Source: an uncultured Nitrososphaerota archaeon
Lineage (GTDB): Archaea > Thermoproteota > Nitrososphaeria > Nitrososphaerales > Gagatemarchaeaceae
Assembly (NCBI GenBank): GCA_963718895.1
Contig: CAVRAG010000008.1
Span: forward strand, 462,605 to 494,604
Direction of reading: 5' to 3'
Length of the DNA: 32,000 bases
Shown here: positions 8,146 to 16,487 of the stretch, piece after piece
Position numbering within the stretch: position 1 is the first letter of the stretch
How the letters are laid out: every line of letters begins with the position of its first letter
Program-made: the position numbers and the translations under genes
The notes under the pieces: generated by a model
The model's input: the letters and a program-made list of their open reading frames with translations, nothing else
Database searches by the model: none
What the model was told of the DNA's origin: nothing

Positions 8146-8748
8146 TCATAGCGCGTACCCTTTCTCTATCAGCAGGTCCCTGAATTCGTCCGATTCGGTG
8201 ATGAATGGGTCAAGCGCAGCAAGAATGACTGCATAGACGAACTCCGTCGCCTCGTGGTTCCTCCTGCAAATCGGGCAGATCCTTTCCTCCCCCGCCTCGG
8301 GAAGATAGGAGCGGAGCTTGCTCCTCGACTTGAACTCTTCGAACAGGTCTGAGAGCTCCTTCAGCAACGGAGCCTTCAGCTTGTCCGTGAGGTCTTTCGT
8401 TATTCCCTCGTAGGCGAGGACGTTCATGAAAGGAACGTCTATCCTGTATTTTCCCCAAGTGGTCCTCTCGCACAGGTACCGCTTCTTCCTCTCCTTCGCT
8501 CGCCTCAGGTCACGAGGAAGGATAGAGACGAACTCTAAGCGCCGCAGTTCTTTGAGCGTAGAGTAGACCGCGGATGCTGGTAGTCTAAGCTTCTTCGCAA
8601 TCTCGTCGGCCGAGGCACCCCCCGCGCCCGCGATTCTCACATAGTCGAGGATATTCCAGGTGCTCTCCTTCGAAAGGATATCGGCCTCCAGATAGGACCG
8701 GACCGGGATGTGCGTGAGGTAGGTCTTCGAATTCTCTTTGGCTTCCAA
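8146..8748 (-). CDS. Winged-helix (ArsR/TrmB-like) transcriptional regulator with a C-terminal CPIC motif
   Basis: 200 aa. HTH segment 'WNILDYVRIAGAGGASADEIAKKLRLPASAVYSTLKELRRLEFV'. Later 'ERICPICRRNHE'. Confidence 0.65.
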   Translation of the reverse strand: MEAKENSKTYLTHIPVRSYLEADILSKESTWNILDYVRIAGAGGASADEIAKKLRLPASAVYSTLKELRRLEFVSILPRDLRRAKERKKRYLCERTTWGKYRIDVPFMNVLAYEGITKDLTDKLKAPLLKELSDLFEEFKSRSKLRSYLPEAGEERICPICRRNHEATEFVYAVILAALDPFITESDEFRDLLIEKGYAL

Positions 8749-8851
8749 GTTGCTCAGAATCCTGAATTTCCAGTGATTTTAGTTTTTCGGAACCTAAGAC
8801 GTATATCTGGTCGGCCCTGCAACTCGTTGTGTGATACTAGGGTGAGCGCAG

Positions 8852-9100
8852 TTGTCAATCGGCATTAGCACGCGTCAGGAAGCAGAGATTCTGGACATCT
8901 CGGGTCGGATCGTCAAGGATATCATGCTCGACAACCCGCTCGTCATTCCGGCCGAGGGGATGCTTTTCACTGCGGCAGAGCTAATGGATCGAAGGAACTG
9001 CAATGCACTCCTTGTGGAGGAGCAGGGAAGAATCGTTGGAGTAATCACGAGGAGAGATATTGAGAAGGCATACCTGAACTGGTTGAAATCCCACTTTTAA
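8852..9100 (+). CDS. Small CBS-domain protein
   Basis: 82 aa. 'IVKDIMLDNPLVIPAEGMLFTAAELMDRRNCNALLVEEQGRIVGVITRRDIEKAY' fits a single CBS motif. The start is a TTG in the ORF track and is uncertain. Confidence 0.6.
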   Translation: MSIGISTRQEAEILDISGRIVKDIMLDNPLVIPAEGMLFTAAELMDRRNCNALLVEEQGRIVGVITRRDIEKAYLNWLKSHF

Positions 9101-9379
9101 TGAGCAGTAGTAACCAATCTACACGCTCGGGCCGGGCAGGATTGAAATCCTGGTGTATTCAAGGCTCGTCCGATCTGAGCAGAGAAATCAATGGATGGGA
9201 TAAGAGGAGAACAAGTCCGTCTCGGCGAGGGCTTGGTTCCCCCTAGTCACATGGGGTTGAATCGGGGAAGTCGTTCGTGAGGATACGGTCCAAGGGCTGT
9301 GGGGGACGTCTGAGGCAGCCTTAACTTCCTCCATCAAGAAGGACGTGATGAAAAGAGGTACCGGATTGGAGGGACCAAC

Positions 9380-9967
9380 ATGACGTACAAGAACCAACCG
9401 TCGGAGGCATCGACGAGCAGCACCGAGGTGAGAGCGATAAGAATCCCGAAGAGCATGGGGGAGATTCTAGAGACGGAAGCTCACGCTCGTGAAGTCAGCG
9501 TCAATGCACTGATAACAGAGATACTGAAGAAGTTTGTCGAGTTCGACAGGCACACAAACAGGTTCGAGTACATCTCAATCAGCCGCGAGGCCTTCGAGAT
9601 TATCGTGGGCAAACTGGATGAGGAGAGCGCATTGAAGGCTGGAACCGAGGTAGGCGAAAGGATGCCGAAGGAGATAACCCAGTTCTGGTTCAAGACACTG
9701 AACCTCGAGACATTCCTATCGTTCCTCTCCAACTTCTCCAAGTACGCCAAACTCGCTCGGTACGACATCAAGGTCGACGGGAGGACGTATGTCATCTCGC
9801 TTTACCACGCGATGGGAATCAAATGGTCAATTTTCCTGCGCGGCTATTTCGAGAAATCGATTCCTGCAATCCTGGGCGTGCAAGGAAAGTTTGAGGTATC
9901 CCGCGATATGCTACTACTGAGATTCACGCTTCCTGAGGGCGTAAACCACTCAGTCCCGCGGTTCTGA
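9380..9967 (+). CDS. Ribbon-helix-helix (CopG/Arc-like) DNA-binding domain protein with an unknown C-terminal domain
   Basis: 195 aa. The N-terminal 'IRIPKSMGEILETEAHAREVSVNALITEILKKFVE' is a typical RHH beta-alpha-alpha pattern. The remaining ~140 aa are unrecognised. Confidence 0.55.
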   Translation: MTYKNQPSEASTSSTEVRAIRIPKSMGEILETEAHAREVSVNALITEILKKFVEFDRHTNRFEYISISREAFEIIVGKLDEESALKAGTEVGERMPKEITQFWFKTLNLETFLSFLSNFSKYAKLARYDIKVDGRTYVISLYHAMGIKWSIFLRGYFEKSIPAILGVQGKFEVSRDMLLLRFTLPEGVNHSVPRF

Positions 9968-9993
9968 GCAATAGTGAGACCGCGCTGTCGTCC

Positions 9994-10560
9994 TCAGTCG
10001 CCCCCTATGTTGCCGTGTCCACACCATCCAAACTCGTCCTGTCTGTTGTCACAAACGGGACATAGCTCGTCTAGGAACTTGACGTCAGCAGCTCGCTTGC
10101 CGAACCTTGCGAGGTGCGCGTCCACCAAATCTTCCACGCTCATGCTCCACCTGAAGCTGCTCTCTCCCTTCTCGAGCCGAATCATCGTTCCGACCAGGTA
10201 GGCGGCCGATTCTGACTTGGCTAGCAGGGGGGCGAGCCTTTCCTTGTACCAAGGCTCCAGTCCGGTCATATCCCCGGGGTTTTTGATCTCTTCAAGCGAT
10301 GCTGCAGCTGAGGCCATCTGAGTAGTGAGGAGGTCTGCCATTGGAGAGCTTGCAATTCTCACGTAACTGGCAATCGCTTCGCAGTTCTTCAGGGCCGCTT
10401 CGGCGAGCCTGAGTCTTGTCGCGACCCGAACCGGCGCATCTGTCCGGTACCCGAGACAGTACTCGTGGAACGCTATCCCAATCTCAGACTTGGACCTCAG
10501 GACATCCTGTTCGAGCTCCTCGATCTGACCAAGTCGGCCCAATGTGTTCTCTCGCCTCAT
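9994..10560 (-). CDS. Hypothetical helical protein with a C-terminal Cys/His cluster (CPVC...WCGH)
   Basis: 188-aa ORF whose ATG overlaps the stop of the upstream ferredoxin gene (ATGA junction at 10557-10560), implying co-translation. No family recognised. Confidence 0.5.
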   Translation of the reverse strand: MRRENTLGRLGQIEELEQDVLRSKSEIGIAFHEYCLGYRTDAPVRVATRLRLAEAALKNCEAIASYVRIASSPMADLLTTQMASAAASLEEIKNPGDMTGLEPWYKERLAPLLAKSESAAYLVGTMIRLEKGESSFRWSMSVEDLVDAHLARFGKRAADVKFLDELCPVCDNRQDEFGWCGHGNIGGD

Positions 10561-11051
10561 GGTTGAGTTATCTTAATGCAGCTTGTGGGACAACTCACCT
10601 CACAAGCCATGCAGAAGATGCAATCAGTTTCCCGGACGGGGTCAGACTTGTCGCAGCGATAGGCGACCCATTCGGCACTCCCCTGCGATACCTCCTTGTT
10701 CTTTCCAGTGCCTGCCTGACCGGGGTTGAGAGCCCACTCAAAGACGAAGACCGGGCACACGTCCATGCACACGCCGTCGGCTATGCAGTTCTCCCAGTCG
10801 ACGCCAACGGCGGTGCCATGGATTCCACCGTTCGTCGGATACGCCTTGCCGTCACCGTCGTCCCTATGCATCCCGCCTGCTCGTATCTTGTGACCGAAGT
10901 GCTCGCCGCTGATGGGATACGCATCGGGTTTCTGCAAGAAACCAGGGTCTATTGGGTGGGTCTTGTAGTCCAGAGAGACCAATACAAAATCATCGCGTGT
11001 TAGCGATGGTTTAACGTTGTGATTACGTATGTATACAGGTGTCGAGTTCAT
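10557..11051 (-). CDS. Zinc-containing dicluster ferredoxin (Sulfolobus/Thermoplasma type) with an extended N-terminus
   Basis: 'ISGEHFGHKI...GIHGTAVGVDWENCIADGVCMDVCPVFVFEW...SDPVRETDCIFCMACEVSCPTSCIKITQP' is collinear with the Sulfolobus Zn-ferredoxin pattern (GEHSGHK...[20 protein letters not shown]...CPVNVFQW...ADPV..E..CIFCMAC..VCP). The true start may be internal (a TTG near 10983). Confidence 0.85.
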   Translation of the reverse strand: MNSTPVYIRNHNVKPSLTRDDFVLVSLDYKTHPIDPGFLQKPDAYPISGEHFGHKIRAGGMHRDDGDGKAYPTNGGIHGTAVGVDWENCIADGVCMDVCPVFVFEWALNPGQAGTGKNKEVSQGSAEWVAYRCDKSDPVRETDCIFCMACEVSCPTSCIKITQP

Positions 11052-11066
11052 CCGTAAATAGCACGG

Positions 11067-11432
11067 ATGAGAGGATTGGTCATCCTGATCAAGATAGATA
11101 AGACCGTCTACGACCCTCCAGACCCATCTGACGGTAAGAGGATTCTCGTCATGCGGCTCTGGCCCCGAGGCATCGCAAAGAAGAAGATAGACGTCTGGAT
11201 GAAAGACCTCGGGACCCCAAAGGAGGTCATCACCAAGTGGAAGGGACGAAAGATTACTTGGAAAACCTTCTCGACTGAATACGAGAAGAGTCTGAAGGGG
11301 AAGGAGGCGATTCTAAAAGAGCTGGCTGACGAGTCGCGCAAGAGTACGATCACCCTCCTTTGCACAGAAAAGGATGCGACTACCTGCCATCGATCTCTTC
11401 TCAAGGCTGCGATAGAGAAGCAGCTGCGATAA
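11067..11432 (+). CDS. DUF488 family protein (YeaO-like)
   Basis: 121 aa. 'VYDPPDPSDGKRILVMRLWPRGIAKKKIDVWMKDLGTPKEV...ITLLCTEKDATTCHRSLLKAAIEK' matches the DUF488 pattern (RxLVDRxWPRG ... C.e.d...CHR.ll). Confidence 0.75.
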   Translation: MRGLVILIKIDKTVYDPPDPSDGKRILVMRLWPRGIAKKKIDVWMKDLGTPKEVITKWKGRKITWKTFSTEYEKSLKGKEAILKELADESRKSTITLLCTEKDATTCHRSLLKAAIEKQLR

Positions 11433-11508
11433 TGGTCGCCGCAAGGCCGCAATCAATTACAGGAGTAAACATACTCAATATATCGAAAGGACCTGACGTT
11501 GCACTGGA

Positions 11509-11958
11509 TTGGTCAAGCGGCGCTACATCGGCATCATAGAGGTTGCTGTTGTCGTGTTCGTCATCGGCTCATTCTTCGCGTTCGCTAATCAGGCTCAACC
11601 CTCAACTGTTCACACTTCGACCAGTGTGGGAGAGATAATCGAGCCTGTGGGCGCTGGTCAGCCCCCCTCTAACTGGAGCTCTTCGACTGGTCCAATCTAC
11701 GCAGACACATCGTACTCACCAGATACCGTAGTAGTCGTGATAGGAGTCAACAACACGATTACTTGGGTGAACCAGGACTCGGCCCCGCATACTGTCACCT
11801 TCACGGTTGTCCCTTCGGGGGTGACGGCGACGATAGATTCTGGGGAAATGGTGCACGGGGCCGCCTTCACCTATACCTTCCAGGTTCCGGGGACCTACCT
11901 GTACGGCTGCACATACCATCCCTGGATGGGCGGCAAGGTCATAGTGAAGAACGCGTGA
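11509..11958 (+). CDS. Membrane-anchored type-1 copper protein (plastocyanin-like cupredoxin)
   Basis: 149 aa. TM anchor 'IGIIEVAVVVFVIGSFFAF'. 'VVIGVNNTITWVNQDSAPHTVTF...YLYGCTYHPWMGGKVIVKN' carries the full H / C-x2-H-x2-M ligand set. TTG start about 26 nt downstream of an 'aatatat' TATA-like box. Confidence 0.85.
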   Translation: MVKRRYIGIIEVAVVVFVIGSFFAFANQAQPSTVHTSTSVGEIIEPVGAGQPPSNWSSSTGPIYADTSYSPDTVVVVIGVNNTITWVNQDSAPHTVTFTVVPSGVTATIDSGEMVHGAAFTYTFQVPGTYLYGCTYHPWMGGKVIVKNA

Positions 11959-11959
11959 G

Positions 11960-12997
11960 ATGTGTCAAAGACCCGTGCGCAGGCCAACCTTCCCATCGCT
12001 TGTCAAATCGCCCGTGCTTCTAGGAATCGTCGTCTTCGCTTTCTCGATTGGATTCCCCCCGTTAGATGATCTCACGACAATCTACCTCACTCTTCACATG
12101 CTCCAGCACACGGTGATTGTGGTCGCGGGAATCCTGATCGGGTACTACCTGTTCAGACGAGGGATCTTCTCCCGCCTTCGGGGGACGAGGGCACCCTCGA
12201 TGGCTGTAGTCGGGATGGTCGCGCTCGTCATCTTCTGGCACCTTCCAATCTCCTGGGATGCCGCTATCCTCAATCCGGTCATTCACGCTCTCGAGCACTT
12301 CTCATTTCTTCTGGTCGGCGTGCTGATCGGCTCGGTAGTTCTGATGGCCTCTGATCGCTCGAAGATTGGGCTCCTCATATTGGGTGCGGTCGGGCAGTTC
12401 GGTTACGGGTGGGCGCTCGTGTCCAATGTTCACGTCTATCCGCTGTATTCGCTATCTCAGCAGGCAGACTTGGGCGTGGCGATGCTGCTGGCCGGTCCCT
12501 TCTATTCAGCGGGAGCGCTGTACCTGGTTGCGAGGAACCAGGGATGGTTTGAGGAGAACCGACCAGGGTCCGTCACAAGGCTAGATGTCGCTCACTCATC
12601 AAAGCGGCGAGGGCTCGGCGTGGTAAGCGCTTCTCTGACCATTCTTCTGATAGCTACTCTGGTCGTTTACTACGGTGCCACCGCGACGGCCATAGGTTCC
12701 TCTCCTCGACAAGGATTGCCGGGCACATCCACCGTCTACATAGTCGAGACCCCACTTTCCTGGGGCTATTCCCCGCAAGACCTCAAGGTTGTGATAGGTG
12801 TTAACAATACGGTGACCTGGATCAGCCACTCGATCTCTTACGACACAATCACCAGCACAGGCGGTAACTTCTCCTCTGGACCCATAGCGCCGGGGCAGAC
12901 GTTCACCTTCACGTTCTCAACACCAGGCGAGTACGGATACAAGTGCATCTACCACCCCTGGATGACGGGGGGAGTGGACGTTCTCGCCGGCCCTTAA
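11960..12997 (+). CDS. Fusion protein: CtaG-like (caa3-type oxidase assembly factor / DUF1404-like) polytopic membrane domain plus a C-terminal cupredoxin
   Basis: 345 aa. The N-terminal ~215 aa are multi-TM with 'LTLHMLQHTVIVVAGILIG' and 'NPVIHALEHFSFLLVGVLIG' (the HMxQH / HxLEH pattern of CtaG-type factors). The C-terminal 'VVIGVNNTVTWISHSISYDTIT...YGYKCIYHPWMTGGVDV' is a cupredoxin. The start overlaps the end of the preceding cupredoxin gene. Confidence 0.7.
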   Translation: MCQRPVRRPTFPSLVKSPVLLGIVVFAFSIGFPPLDDLTTIYLTLHMLQHTVIVVAGILIGYYLFRRGIFSRLRGTRAPSMAVVGMVALVIFWHLPISWDAAILNPVIHALEHFSFLLVGVLIGSVVLMASDRSKIGLLILGAVGQFGYGWALVSNVHVYPLYSLSQQADLGVAMLLAGPFYSAGALYLVARNQGWFEENRPGSVTRLDVAHSSKRRGLGVVSASLTILLIATLVVYYGATATAIGSSPRQGLPGTSTVYIVETPLSWGYSPQDLKVVIGVNNTVTWISHSISYDTITSTGGNFSSGPIAPGQTFTFTFSTPGEYGYKCIYHPWMTGGVDVLAGP

Positions 12998-13046
12998 GGC
13001 GGTTTTTGCCTACCTTCACCTCGGAAATCCAGAGCCTGTGCCGACC

Positions 13047-14627
13047 CTAACCGTCATGAAGCTCGGATGTGGTCTTCGAACCTACTTGAGCAGCCGACAC
13101 AACTGGAACTTTCGGGCTTGTCGCTGGATCCACACTCAGCGACCCTCCCATCAACCCCTGGAAGGTGCCTCGCCATGCAGGCCCAAGCCCCGCCAAGATC
13201 TCTAACGCAAGCCAACCGGCCCCGATACCCAGGAGAACTATGAACGGGAACGAGACGAGAGAGTAGCCCTGCCACTGTGGGAGCCACGCGCTGTATCGCC
13301 TCGGTATGCTCACAGCGCCGGCGACGAAGAAGCTGAGCACCATGCCCGTGCCTCCTACCACGTAAAACCACACTGCTATTCTGCTCATGCGGGACTCCAC
13401 GATGCCCCCTATGTCCTTCACAAGGTAGTACAGGTAACCCAGCGTGAATATGGCGCTGCCCAGTATCATGTATGTGTGGAAATGAGCGGGCACCCACATC
13501 GTGTTGTGCATTATCTGGTTGATGGGGATGACAGAATCCAGAATCCCGCCTATGCCTCCGAATGCCCAGCCCCAGAGGCCGACGAAGAGCATCAGCGCGG
13601 GGACGGTCCACTTGATTCCGGCGCGGTAGACCAGCGTGAGCCCGCCAAGGATGGTCACCAGCAGCGAAGGCAGGACCGAAAGGTCCGTGACGGCCTGGCC
13701 CAGCAGATTAGCCGCGGCGGGATTCACAAAAGCCTCGTAGGTGTGGTGCAGATATGCCCCGAGCACGAAGAACGTGATTAAGTTCCAGGCAAGGGCCGTG
13801 GGCCACGAAAGGTGCCATTTTCTGCCGACCAGCAAGGGAAGCACGGCGTAGACGACTCCCGCCGCCAGGTAGATCTGCAGGTTCACGTAATCGTGGGCGA
13901 ACGAGTAGAGCAGGTTGTACATGGCCAGCGAGTTGAGCCCAACCACTAGGCCTCCAGCCTGAGCGTAGATAGCCAGCACGTAGATGGCTCCCTCGAGCGC
14001 ACATGCTATCCCGATCACTGAGACCGTTGGTGCCACTATGTCAGCTGGTGTGACCTCAGGTTCGGGTTTCACCTTTCCGCCAGAACGGAGGAACCTCCAA
14101 GCCAGGAGGTTTCGGAGGCCTCCGAACTGCTTCCTGGCGGACGTGAGTATGTGGACCGAGTAGATCAGAAGGCCCACAGCGATAGCGGCGTAGCCCGCCA
14201 AGAAGGCCAGGGCAGACCAGAGCGTCCATGCACCTTGGGAGGAGAGTGGCAGCGGGTAAAGAACGGTGTATCCTGCAGCGAATCCTCCGAAGACGACAGC
14301 GATTATCACGAAACCATCCCCGAGGGTGTAAATCAGGACTGCGCCCCAGAGCGTCCTCGCGCTGAGCTTGACTCTCTTGCTTGAGACGGCGGCGTAGGCG
14401 CCCATGCACAGGAGGAGGATTGAGCTTGTCATTCCTGCACCGTGTAGGGTCATGACCTGATAGTACAGCTCAGAGTTTAGCGTCAGTAGGCCGCCCTGGT
14501 CGAGCCGCATCACAACGCCGAGGAGCCCCATGAACAGGAAGACCAGGACGCTGACGACCATCGAGAATAGCGCCACCCTTACCACTGGCCCGTTCGATCC
14601 ATTCAGACTCTCGGGTTTTGCTTCCAA
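13047..14627 (-). CDS. Heme-copper oxidase subunit I (catalytic subunit)
   Basis: Ligand pattern with canonical spacing: 'TLHGAGM' (low-spin heme His), 'FAHDYV' (CuB His), HH 49/50 residues later ('LHHTYEAF'), and 'MHNTMWVPAHFHTYM' 87/89 residues after that. About 12 TM helices. The 616-aa track ORF overextends into subunit II. Likely start is TTG 14627, GTG 14585 or ATG 14561. Confidence 0.9.
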   Translation of the reverse strand: MEAKPESLNGSNGPVVRVALFSMVVSVLVFLFMGLLGVVMRLDQGGLLTLNSELYYQVMTLHGAGMTSSILLLCMGAYAAVSSKRVKLSARTLWGAVLIYTLGDGFVIIAVVFGGFAAGYTVLYPLPLSSQGAWTLWSALAFLAGYAAIAVGLLIYSVHILTSARKQFGGLRNLLAWRFLRSGGKVKPEPEVTPADIVAPTVSVIGIACALEGAIYVLAIYAQAGGLVVGLNSLAMYNLLYSFAHDYVNLQIYLAAGVVYAVLPLLVGRKWHLSWPTALAWNLITFFVLGAYLHHTYEAFVNPAAANLLGQAVTDLSVLPSLLVTILGGLTLVYRAGIKWTVPALMLFVGLWGWAFGGIGGILDSVIPINQIMHNTMWVPAHFHTYMILGSAIFTLGYLYYLVKDIGGIVESRMSRIAVWFYVVGGTGMVLSFFVAGAVSIPRRYSAWLPQWQGYSLVSFPFIVLLGIGAGWLALEILAGLGPAWRGTFQGLMGGSLSVDPATSPKVPVVSAAQVGSKTTSELHDG

Positions 14628-14638
14628 ATCAGATCGCC

Positions 14639-15184
14639 CTACTGTGTAACCGTGAACGTGGTGATCATGAACGCGTGCCCTATGCCGCAATAGTCGAGGC
14701 ATCGTACCGTGTAGGTACCAGTTTGATTGAAGTTCATGATGAGCTGATTCGTATAACCGGGGAGCACCTCCACTTGGCCGATGAGCACACCCTGGGCGTT
14801 GTAGACTGCGAAGTCGTGAACCACATCTTTGGAGGTGACATTGAACTCCACCGAAGTGTTCGCAGGTACCTGCCTGGTGCTCATCGTCCAGGACCACTGT
14901 TGCCCAATCACGTTCACAACCTGCGTGGGCGGGCCGAGGGCCTCCGCCCTTTGAGGGGGATAGGGGAGAGAGACAAGGGTGAATATGAAAACGATTGCTG
15001 TCAGCGATATCAGGACGACTAGGACGTATCGTCGGTACGAACCCACCTTCTTGTAAGTGTTGTCGAAGGAATCCGTGGGCTTCTTCGCGCTCACCGCTAT
15101 CCAGATGCAGAGCCCGCTCCAGATGGCGGCCATCACGGTGAATACGAGCAAGACCTCGATTTGGGGGGTCACCACAAATGTCAC
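14639..15184 (-). CDS. Heme-copper oxidase subunit II with a CuA centre
   Basis: 181 aa. Two N-terminal TM helices, then a cupredoxin fold with 'VVHDFAV' and the CuA loop 'CLDYCGIGHAFM' (C-x3-C-x3-H-x2-M). Confidence 0.9.
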   Translation of the reverse strand: MTFVVTPQIEVLLVFTVMAAIWSGLCIWIAVSAKKPTDSFDNTYKKVGSYRRYVLVVLISLTAIVFIFTLVSLPYPPQRAEALGPPTQVVNVIGQQWSWTMSTRQVPANTSVEFNVTSKDVVHDFAVYNAQGVLIGQVEVLPGYTNQLIMNFNQTGTYTVRCLDYCGIGHAFMITTFTVTQ

Positions 15185-15397
15185 TTCACTCCCTCCTGTC
15201 TTGGAACTTCAGTCGAAGACAAGTGTCGCGTCTCCGGCGCAGGCCATCAATAGCGATTTTGAGTGCTGCGCATATATTGAGAACGTTTACATCTGTAATT
15301 GCGTGTTACCTGTGCAATCTCCACAATCACATTCGATGGAGTGCGGAATTGGGCATTATTCGAAAGTCCGTCCTCACGATGTGGCGGAACGGTGTAC

Positions 15398-15793
15398 TCA
15401 AGTGCCTGACGGTGAGATTCCTTTTGGTCGTCCTTTCGCCACGTCGGTCTGCTCTGCTCTTCGCACGACCACCAAGCTGATTAGTGCAGCAGTCGCGACT
15501 ACCTCGCCGCCATCCACCTTTGTCCCGTAGGTCTTGAGGGAGAGGAGCGCTGGTGGATTGAGGGCCTCACCCGTCTCCAGCCTGAACTGGGAAAGGTGCG
15601 CCGGACAAACTATGGAGTCGTCCATGAGGAATCCATCCACAAGTTCGACATGCTCATGTGTGCAGATATTGGAGACAGCGTAGAACGCGGCTGTATAGTT
15701 GACGACGAGGATGCTTTCACCCCAGATATTCACAGCGACCTTCTCGCCCGGAGACAAGTCTGAAACACTGCAGACTCTTGCTAACCTTGTCAT
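15398..15793 (-). CDS. Rieske [2Fe-2S] domain protein (soluble Rieske-ferredoxin type)
   Basis: 131 aa. 'CTHEHVELVDGFLMDDSIVCPAHLSQF' is the C-x-H-x17-C-x2-H Rieske motif. ATGA overlap with the upstream small ORF. Confidence 0.85.
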   Translation of the reverse strand: MTRLARVCSVSDLSPGEKVAVNIWGESILVVNYTAAFYAVSNICTHEHVELVDGFLMDDSIVCPAHLSQFRLETGEALNPPALLSLKTYGTKVDGGEVVATAALISLVVVRRAEQTDVAKGRPKGISPSGT

Positions 15794-16014
15794 CGCCCAT
15801 CACTCCGGGCGGTCATCCGTTGCATCTCCTCCTGTGTTGGAAGTGAGGTGACGAAGCCGTTCCGTTCGGAAGAATTCACATAGACATCTAGCGGGAAGAA
15901 GAGCCTTCCCCTCATCGACCAGTAGTGGAAGGTGCAGAATTCAAGTGGGCTCTTACGGTATTTCTCTACAGCAACGCTGAAGCCGAATTTGGAACACTCT
16001 GAGCATGGCTTCAC
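15790..16014 (-). CDS. Small hypothetical Cys-containing protein (74 aa)
   Basis: ORF packed 2 nt after the hemerythrin stop and overlapping the Rieske start by 4 nt. Begins 'MKPCSECSKFGF...FCTFHYW'. No family recognised. Confidence 0.4.
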   Translation of the reverse strand: MKPCSECSKFGFSVAVEKYRKSPLEFCTFHYWSMRGRLFFPLDVYVNSSERNGFVTSLPTQEEMQRMTARSDGR

Positions 16015-16016
16015 GT

Positions 16017-16487
16017 CTACCGCGCTTTAATCCCGGTCTTGAGCTTGAGATACTTCCCGACCAGCAGAGCAGCGGGATAGAGGATCTCTTCCTCGTTCTT
16101 GGCATGAAGGGCGAGTTGCTCCGCGAAGCGAACGTATTCGGAACCGTCAGATCGCTCAGCCGCGACCTTAAGGGAATCAAGCGCTGTGATTATCTGCTTA
16201 TGTTCCAGGAGCATCTGTGGAAGCTCTTTCTGGAGCCTGTCCGTCATTGAAATCACAGCCCGAATATCAGGCTCGGACTCGCCTTCCGCCAAAGCGGGCA
16301 GCAGAGCCAAGGGTGGTAAAGCGTACTCTTCCTCCTTGGCGAAGTGGGGGTGTAAGATCTTCGCCACATTCCTGGCTGCCTCCCCGACGTCGCCGGGAGC
16401 TCTTGAGGCCCTCCGAAGCTCCCGATGCAACTCTTCATGCTCCATCTCGACCGAGTCAGGTACCTTCCAAGATTTCTTGTGCGTCAT
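16017..16487 (-). CDS. Hemerythrin-like (HHE) domain protein
   Basis: 156 aa. 'MEHEELHRELRRA', 'LHPHFAKEEEYALP', 'LLEHKQIITAL', 'LALHAKNEEEILYPAA' are four His/Glu helices. Confidence 0.7.
   Translation of the reverse strand: MTHKKSWKVPDSVEMEHEELHRELRRASRAPGDVGEAARNVAKILHPHFAKEEEYALPPLALLPALAEGESEPDIRAVISMTDRLQKELPQMLLEHKQIITALDSLKVAAERSDGSEYVRFAEQLALHAKNEEEILYPAALLVGKYLKLKTGIKAR

Noticed and set aside
14628-14897. N-terminal 90 codons of the 616-aa track ORF for oxidase subunit I
   Set aside because: This part overlaps the 3' half of the CuA subunit II gene in another frame and translates to Arg/His-rich nonsense. The first TM helix of subunit I begins after 14627, so the start was moved to TTG 14627 (alternatives GTG 14585 and ATG 14561).
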